Positions 25,499-29,467 of a stretch of DNA of 29,467 bases are shown here, in pieces. The number at the start of each line of letters is the position of its first letter. The first letter of the stretch is position 1. Source of the stretch: a virus (taxonomy: Duplodnaviria; Caudoviricetes); IMG/VR virus record IMGVR_UViG_3300017746_000093, positions 1 through 29,467 of that record; one strand, given 5' to 3'. Under the pieces are notes generated by a model that was not told the DNA's origin, did no database searches, and worked only from the letters and a program-made list of their open reading frames with translations. The position numbers and the translations under genes were made by a program.

Positions 25499-26203
25499 TT
25501 AAACATCATTTATGTTATCTATAGTAGAAGTACCTACATCATTAATATTATCTACAGTTACAAGCACACTTATTCCATTTAAGTAATTTGGATAACCCGC
25601 ATTATAATTTCCACTTACATCATTATTTGCAGGGGTTAGATTAACACCACCAAAAAGATTTACAGGAGCAGCACCAGGGTCTATATCAAAGTAATCATAA
25701 GTATTATTAATTACTACAAAATTAATATAACCTTGAGAATTTGCATCTGATATAGCAGTCGAATTGCCTGTAAGTGAAAATGGAGTGCTTACCCAAGAAG
25801 TAGATGAAGAATAAGTTTTGTTTACATTCCAACCACCACTTATGTTAAAGTCTGAGGCTGATAGAGTTGTACTAGCTGCATTACTATAAGCAAAACTTTC
25901 ACAAACTATACAATCAACTGCATTTAAACCTGCACTGCTAACATAATGGGATTGTAAATCAAAAGAAAGTGTTGTTATATTAGGAGCATAGGCTGATAAA
26001 TCGGCCCATCCAAATGTTCTACATATACGGTTTGTTGGTGCACCTCTTCCAGAAAAAACACCAACACCACAACTTGAAAAATTATTTATTGTTCCTTGGC
26101 TTACTGAAGTTCCTGTACTAAGGTTACGAACATTAGTCCATCCTGTAGTAACTTGCCCCAGGATTACACCAAATCCACTTGTTGCTTGAGTAAATGTCGC
26201 CAT
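25499..26203 (-). CDS. Hypothetical protein, probably virion/fibre-associated
   Basis: 234 aa, Ser/Thr/Asn/Gly-rich, beta-type composition, few charged residues; C-terminal T(V/I)DNINDV duplicated. Confidence 0.65.
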   Translation of the reverse strand: MATFTQATSGFGVILGQVTTGWTNVRNLSTGTSVSQGTINNFSSCGVGVFSGRGAPTNRICRTFGWADLSAYAPNITTLSFDLQSHYVSSAGLNAVDCIVCESFAYSNAASTTLSASDFNISGGWNVNKTYSSSTSWVSTPFSLTGNSTAISDANSQGYINFVVINNTYDYFDIDPGAAPVNLFGGVNLTPANNDVSGNYNAGYPNYLNGISVLVTVDNINDVGTSTIDNINDV

Positions 26204-26206
26204 TAT

Positions 26207-26776
26207 TTAAAACTGTTTTTTAGGTAAATAATATTCTTTATGGTTAAAATAACTATTTTGTGGGGGGTTAACATTATGGATATCATAAACAACATTAGAT
26301 ATTCCATAATAATTACTACTACTAGGTATATTATTCCACCAAGTAGCTTTTCCACCTTCATTCATTAGTGAAGGTAATGAATCTGCAAAATATTGCATAT
26401 TATCATCTCCATAAGTATCATAAAATAACCCATCATAAGTACTTAAAGTATCTTTTATATCATACCAATCTCCTTCTACTATAGTTACATTAGGTTTATC
26501 CGCTGCCCATTCATTTGCTTTAATGAGTATGTCTGGATGGTTTTCAATAATTGTATGGGAATTAATACTATGAGATTGAATATAATCAGCAGATATATGC
26601 ATTCCAAATCCTATTTCAAGAATATCCCCCCCTCCTTCGCAAGCATAGGCGGCAGATGCTGACATTAAAGTATCTTCCCAATCCATCATTACTTGATATT
26701 CATCGTTTACATCAAAGGGATGTGTAAATAATATTTTACTTTCTTCAAATGTTAAACTTTGGGATATATATTCCAT
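26207..26776 (-). CDS. SAM-dependent methyltransferase, GAMT/Rmt2-like
   Basis: VMMDWE..LM, GGDILEIGFGM, HTIIENHPD, VEGDW and YDGLFYDTY match the guanidinoacetate/arginine N-methyltransferase motif series. Confidence 0.8.
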   Translation of the reverse strand: MEYISQSLTFEESKILFTHPFDVNDEYQVMMDWEDTLMSASAAYACEGGGDILEIGFGMHISADYIQSHSINSHTIIENHPDILIKANEWAADKPNVTIVEGDWYDIKDTLSTYDGLFYDTYGDDNMQYFADSLPSLMNEGGKATWWNNIPSSSNYYGISNVVYDIHNVNPPQNSYFNHKEYYLPKKQF

Positions 26777-26788
26777 AATATTAAATTT

Positions 26789-29467
26789 TTAAGCAAGTTC
26801 AATCCAAGTATTATCAGGACATATATAATATAACCTATTAGATCCACTTACATATATTTCATACCCAACTATTCTAACAATATCTCCTGAGGTTGTTGGA
26901 GCTGAAGATTGTCCATTCCCAGCTGATGTAGTTGATAGATAAAAAGGTTCTCCACCTCCTAACCCCCATGATTTTGTTGTTCTAAACATTCCTCTTATTA
27001 AAACTCCATCTAATGTTGGGTTAGTACCTAAAGAAATACCCATTATTCCAGTTGAAGTAGCAACATCATCACCTTGGGCTTTATACCAAAATCCTTGATC
27101 CAAAACTAGAATATCTCCAAAAGCTGGAGTAGTTCCTCCATTACCTTTACCAGTAAATATAATTTCACCACTTTGGTTGTTTACTGCTGAAGGAACTGAG
27201 TATTCTATATTTCCTGAGTTACTGGTTCTATCTTGTCCTAATCTAAATGGATTATTAATACTAAGAGTTCTACTTGTATCTAGTGTATTTGAAGTAGCTC
27301 CATCAATTAACAAATCATTTTGAGTAGTGATTGTAATTGAAGCACCTGACCCACCTACGACACCACTTGAACCTGAAGTACCTGCTGAACCTGATGAACC
27401 ACTTGTATTACTTAATCCTGAAGTACCTGAGGTACCTGCTGAACCTGATCCTCCCGATACTCCACCAGCTCCACCTATACCACTTGACCCTGTTGAACCT
27501 GAAGTACCTGAAGTGTTACTTGTTGCACTTCCACCCCCAGTACCTACAACACCATTTGTACCTGATGAACCACTTGAACCTGAAGTATTACTTGTTTTAC
27601 TATTTCCAGCAGCACCTGCAGTACCTGAAGATCCTGCTGAACCACTTGATCCTGAAGTATTACTTGAAGCACTAGCTCCTGCTGCACCACTAGTACCACT
27701 TGAACCTCCTGAACCTGATGTTGCGCTTATGTTACTAGATCCTGCTACGCCTGCATTACCTGAAGTACCTGAAGAACCTCCTGAACCTGATGTTGCGCTC
27801 ACATTACTTGAACCTGCATTACCTGCATCTCCTGATGTACCTGATGATCCTCCTGAACCTGAAGTGTTACTTAAAGCACTTGCTCCAGCATTACCAGCAT
27901 TACCTGAAGTACCTGTTGAACCTGATGAACCACTTGTATTACTTGAAGCACTTGCTCCCGCATTACCTGAGGTACCTGAAGAACCTCCTGATCCTGAAGT
28001 AGCACTTACATTACTTTCTCCTGCTACACCTGCATTTCCACTTGTACCACTTGATCCTCCTGATCCTGATGTTGCACTTACATTACTTGAACCTGCTACA
28101 CCTGCGTCTCCTGAAGTACCACTTGATCCTCCTGAACCTGAAGTAGCACTTATGTTACTTGAACCTGCTACACCTGCGTTACCTGAAGTACCTGAAGAAC
28201 CTCCTGAACCCGAAGTGTTACTTAAAGCACTTGCTCCAGCATTACCAGCATTACCTGATGTACCACTTGTTCCTGAAGAACCATTTGAACCACTTTCTGC
28301 ACTTTCACCATTTCCACCTATAATACCAGTTGTACCTGATGAACCACTTGAACCTGATGTTGCACTTACATTACTTGAACCTGCTACACCTGCGTCTCCA
28401 CTTGTACCACTTGATCCTCCTGAACCTGAAGTAGCACTTACATTACTTGAACCTGCATTACCTGCATCACCATTAGTACCGCTTGATCCTCCTGAACCTG
28501 ATGTTGCGCTTATATTACTTGAACCTGCTACGCCTGCACCACCTGAAGTACCTGAAGAACCTCCTGATCCTGAAGTAGCACTTATGTTACTAGATCCTGC
28601 TACACCTGCGTCTCCTGAAGTACCACTTGAACCTCCTGAACCTGATGTTGCACTTACATTACTTGAACCTGCTACACCTGCGTTACCTGAAGTACCGCTT
28701 GATCCTCCTGAACCTGATGTTGCGCTTATATTACTTGAACCTGCATTACCTGCATCTCCTGATGTACCTGATGATCCTCCTGAACCTGAAGTAGCACTTA
28801 TCCCTGAAGTACCATCATCACCTGATGTACCTGAGGAACCTGAAGTGTTACTTAAACCTGATTGACCGGCATCACCATTAGTACCGCTTGAACCACTTGA
28901 ACCTGATGTATTACTTGAAGCACTTGCTCCCGCATCACCAGCATTACCTGAAGTACCACTTGATCCTCCTGAACCTGATGTTGCGCTTATGTTACTTTCT
29001 CCTGCTACACCTGCGTTACCTGAAGTACCTGAAGAACCTCCTGATCCTGAAGTAGCACTTACATTACTTGAACCTGCTACACCTGCGTCTCCTGAAGTAC
29101 CTGAAGAACCTTCTGAACCTGAAGTTGCGCTTAAAGCACTAAGCCCTGCTGTACCTGCATCTCCTGATGTACCTGAAGATCCTGAAGATCCTGATGTATT
29201 ACTAGATGTACTAGCTCCTGCTGTACCGTCATCACCTGATGTACCTGAGGAACCTGATGAACCGCTTGTATCACTTGAAGCACTTGCTCCCGCATTACCT
29301 GAAGTACCACTTGATCCTCCTGAACCTGATGTTGCGCTTATGTTACTTTCTCCTGCTACACCTGCGTCTCCTGAAGTACCACTTGATCCTCCTGAACCTG
29401 AGGTAGCACTTACATTACTTTCTCCTGCTACACCAGCATTACCTGATGTACCGCTTGATCCTCCTGA
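26789..29467 (-). CDS. Giant Gly/Ser/Thr/Ala-repeat fibre-like protein with globular C-terminal domain (5' end off window; at least 892 aa)
   Basis: The frame of ORF 26789..27802 stays open without stops to 29467, so GTG 27802 is internal. About 710 aa of repeats, then ~185 aa of non-repetitive sequence (WYKAQGD..STGIMGISLG..GVLIRG..PFYLSTTSAG..APTTSGDIVRIVGY). Confidence 0.85.
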   Translation of the reverse strand, partial: SGGSSGTSGNAGVAGESNVSATSGSGGSSGTSGDAGVAGESNISATSGSGGSSGTSGNAGASASSDTSGSSGSSGTSGDDGTAGASTSSNTSGSSGSSGTSGDAGTAGLSALSATSGSEGSSGTSGDAGVAGSSNVSATSGSGGSSGTSGNAGVAGESNISATSGSGGSSGTSGNAGDAGASASSNTSGSSGSSGTNGDAGQSGLSNTSGSSGTSGDDGTSGISATSGSGGSSGTSGDAGNAGSSNISATSGSGGSSGTSGNAGVAGSSNVSATSGSGGSSGTSGDAGVAGSSNISATSGSGGSSGTSGGAGVAGSSNISATSGSGGSSGTNGDAGNAGSSNVSATSGSGGSSGTSGDAGVAGSSNVSATSGSSGSSGTTGIIGGNGESAESGSNGSSGTSGTSGNAGNAGASALSNTSGSGGSSGTSGNAGVAGSSNISATSGSGGSSGTSGDAGVAGSSNVSATSGSGGSSGTSGNAGVAGESNVSATSGSGGSSGTSGNAGASASSNTSGSSGSTGTSGNAGNAGASALSNTSGSGGSSGTSGDAGNAGSSNVSATSGSGGSSGTSGNAGVAGSSNISATSGSGGSSGTSGAAGASASSNTSGSSGSAGSSGTAGAAGNSKTSNTSGSSGSSGTNGVVGTGGGSATSNTSGTSGSTGSSGIGGAGGVSGGSGSAGTSGTSGLSNTSGSSGSAGTSGSSGVVGGSGASITITTQNDLLIDGATSNTLDTSRTLSINNPFRLGQDRTSNSGNIEYSVPSAVNNQSGEIIFTGKGNGGTTPAFGDILVLDQGFWYKAQGDDVATSTGIMGISLGTNPTLDGVLIRGMFRTTKSWGLGGGEPFYLSTTSAGNGQSSAPTTSGDIVRIVGYEIYVSGSNRLYYICPDNTWIELA
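27340..29467 (-). repeat. Coding tandem repeat, 72-bp / 24-aa unit SATSGSGGSSGTSG(N/D)AGVAGSSN(V/I), about 30 degenerate units
   Basis: Read directly; includes a 63-bp exact duplicate at 27803-27865 and 28730-28792. Confidence 0.95.

Noticed and set aside
27800-27802. GTG start proposed by the ORF track for the fibre gene
   Set aside because: It is an internal Val codon of a repeat unit; the frame is open to the window end.
27327-28865. 512-aa Pro/Glu-rich plus-strand ORF (and the His/Leu ORFs 27337..27675 and 27790..28002)
   Set aside because: Antisense shadows of the Gly/Ser repeat codons. The minus frame continues into a globular domain and matches the orientation of all other genes.
27340-29467. 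Repeat array as a CRISPR array or non-coding satellite
   Set aside because: No unique spacers; variation is mostly synonymous and in frame; no cas genes.
1-29467. Stop-codon reassignment, inteins, tRNAs, DGR/reverse transcriptase, integrase
   Set aside because: TAA, TAG and TGA all end genes cleanly. Helicase and RecA have normal motif spacing. Intergenic gaps are too short for RNA genes, and no such motifs were seen.

Overview
AT-rich segment of a large contractile-tailed (T4-like myovirus) phage genome. Every credible gene lies on the minus strand. The host is plausibly Bacteroidota, inferred from A-rich, Shine-Dalgarno-less leaders and TTG-N19/20-TATATT promoters. In transcription order (right to left) the window holds four blocks. 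(1) A very long Gly/Ser/Thr/Ala 24-aa-repeat fibre-like protein running off the window, a GAMT/Rmt2-like methyltransferase and a small putative virion protein. (2) A translationally coupled glycosylation operon: a multi-domain glycosyltransferase, a GT4, an FkbM methyltransferase and a TibC/AAH-type protein O-heptosyltransferase. (3) A tail module: sheath with nested domain insertions, tube, chaperone with a +1/-2 frameshift, tape measure, tube-initiator-like protein, LysM protein, and a hub-like protein with a DUF5675-like C-terminus. (4) A replication/recombination block: a miniature thumb-less family A polymerase-like protein, an unknown protein, gp32-like SSB, RecA/UvsX, 5'-3' exonuclease and DnaB/gp41 helicase. 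The best candidates for novel biology are a phage-encoded system for glycosylating its own serine-rich fibre and the aberrant PolA-like enzyme. All family assignments come from motif recognition by eye, with no database search.
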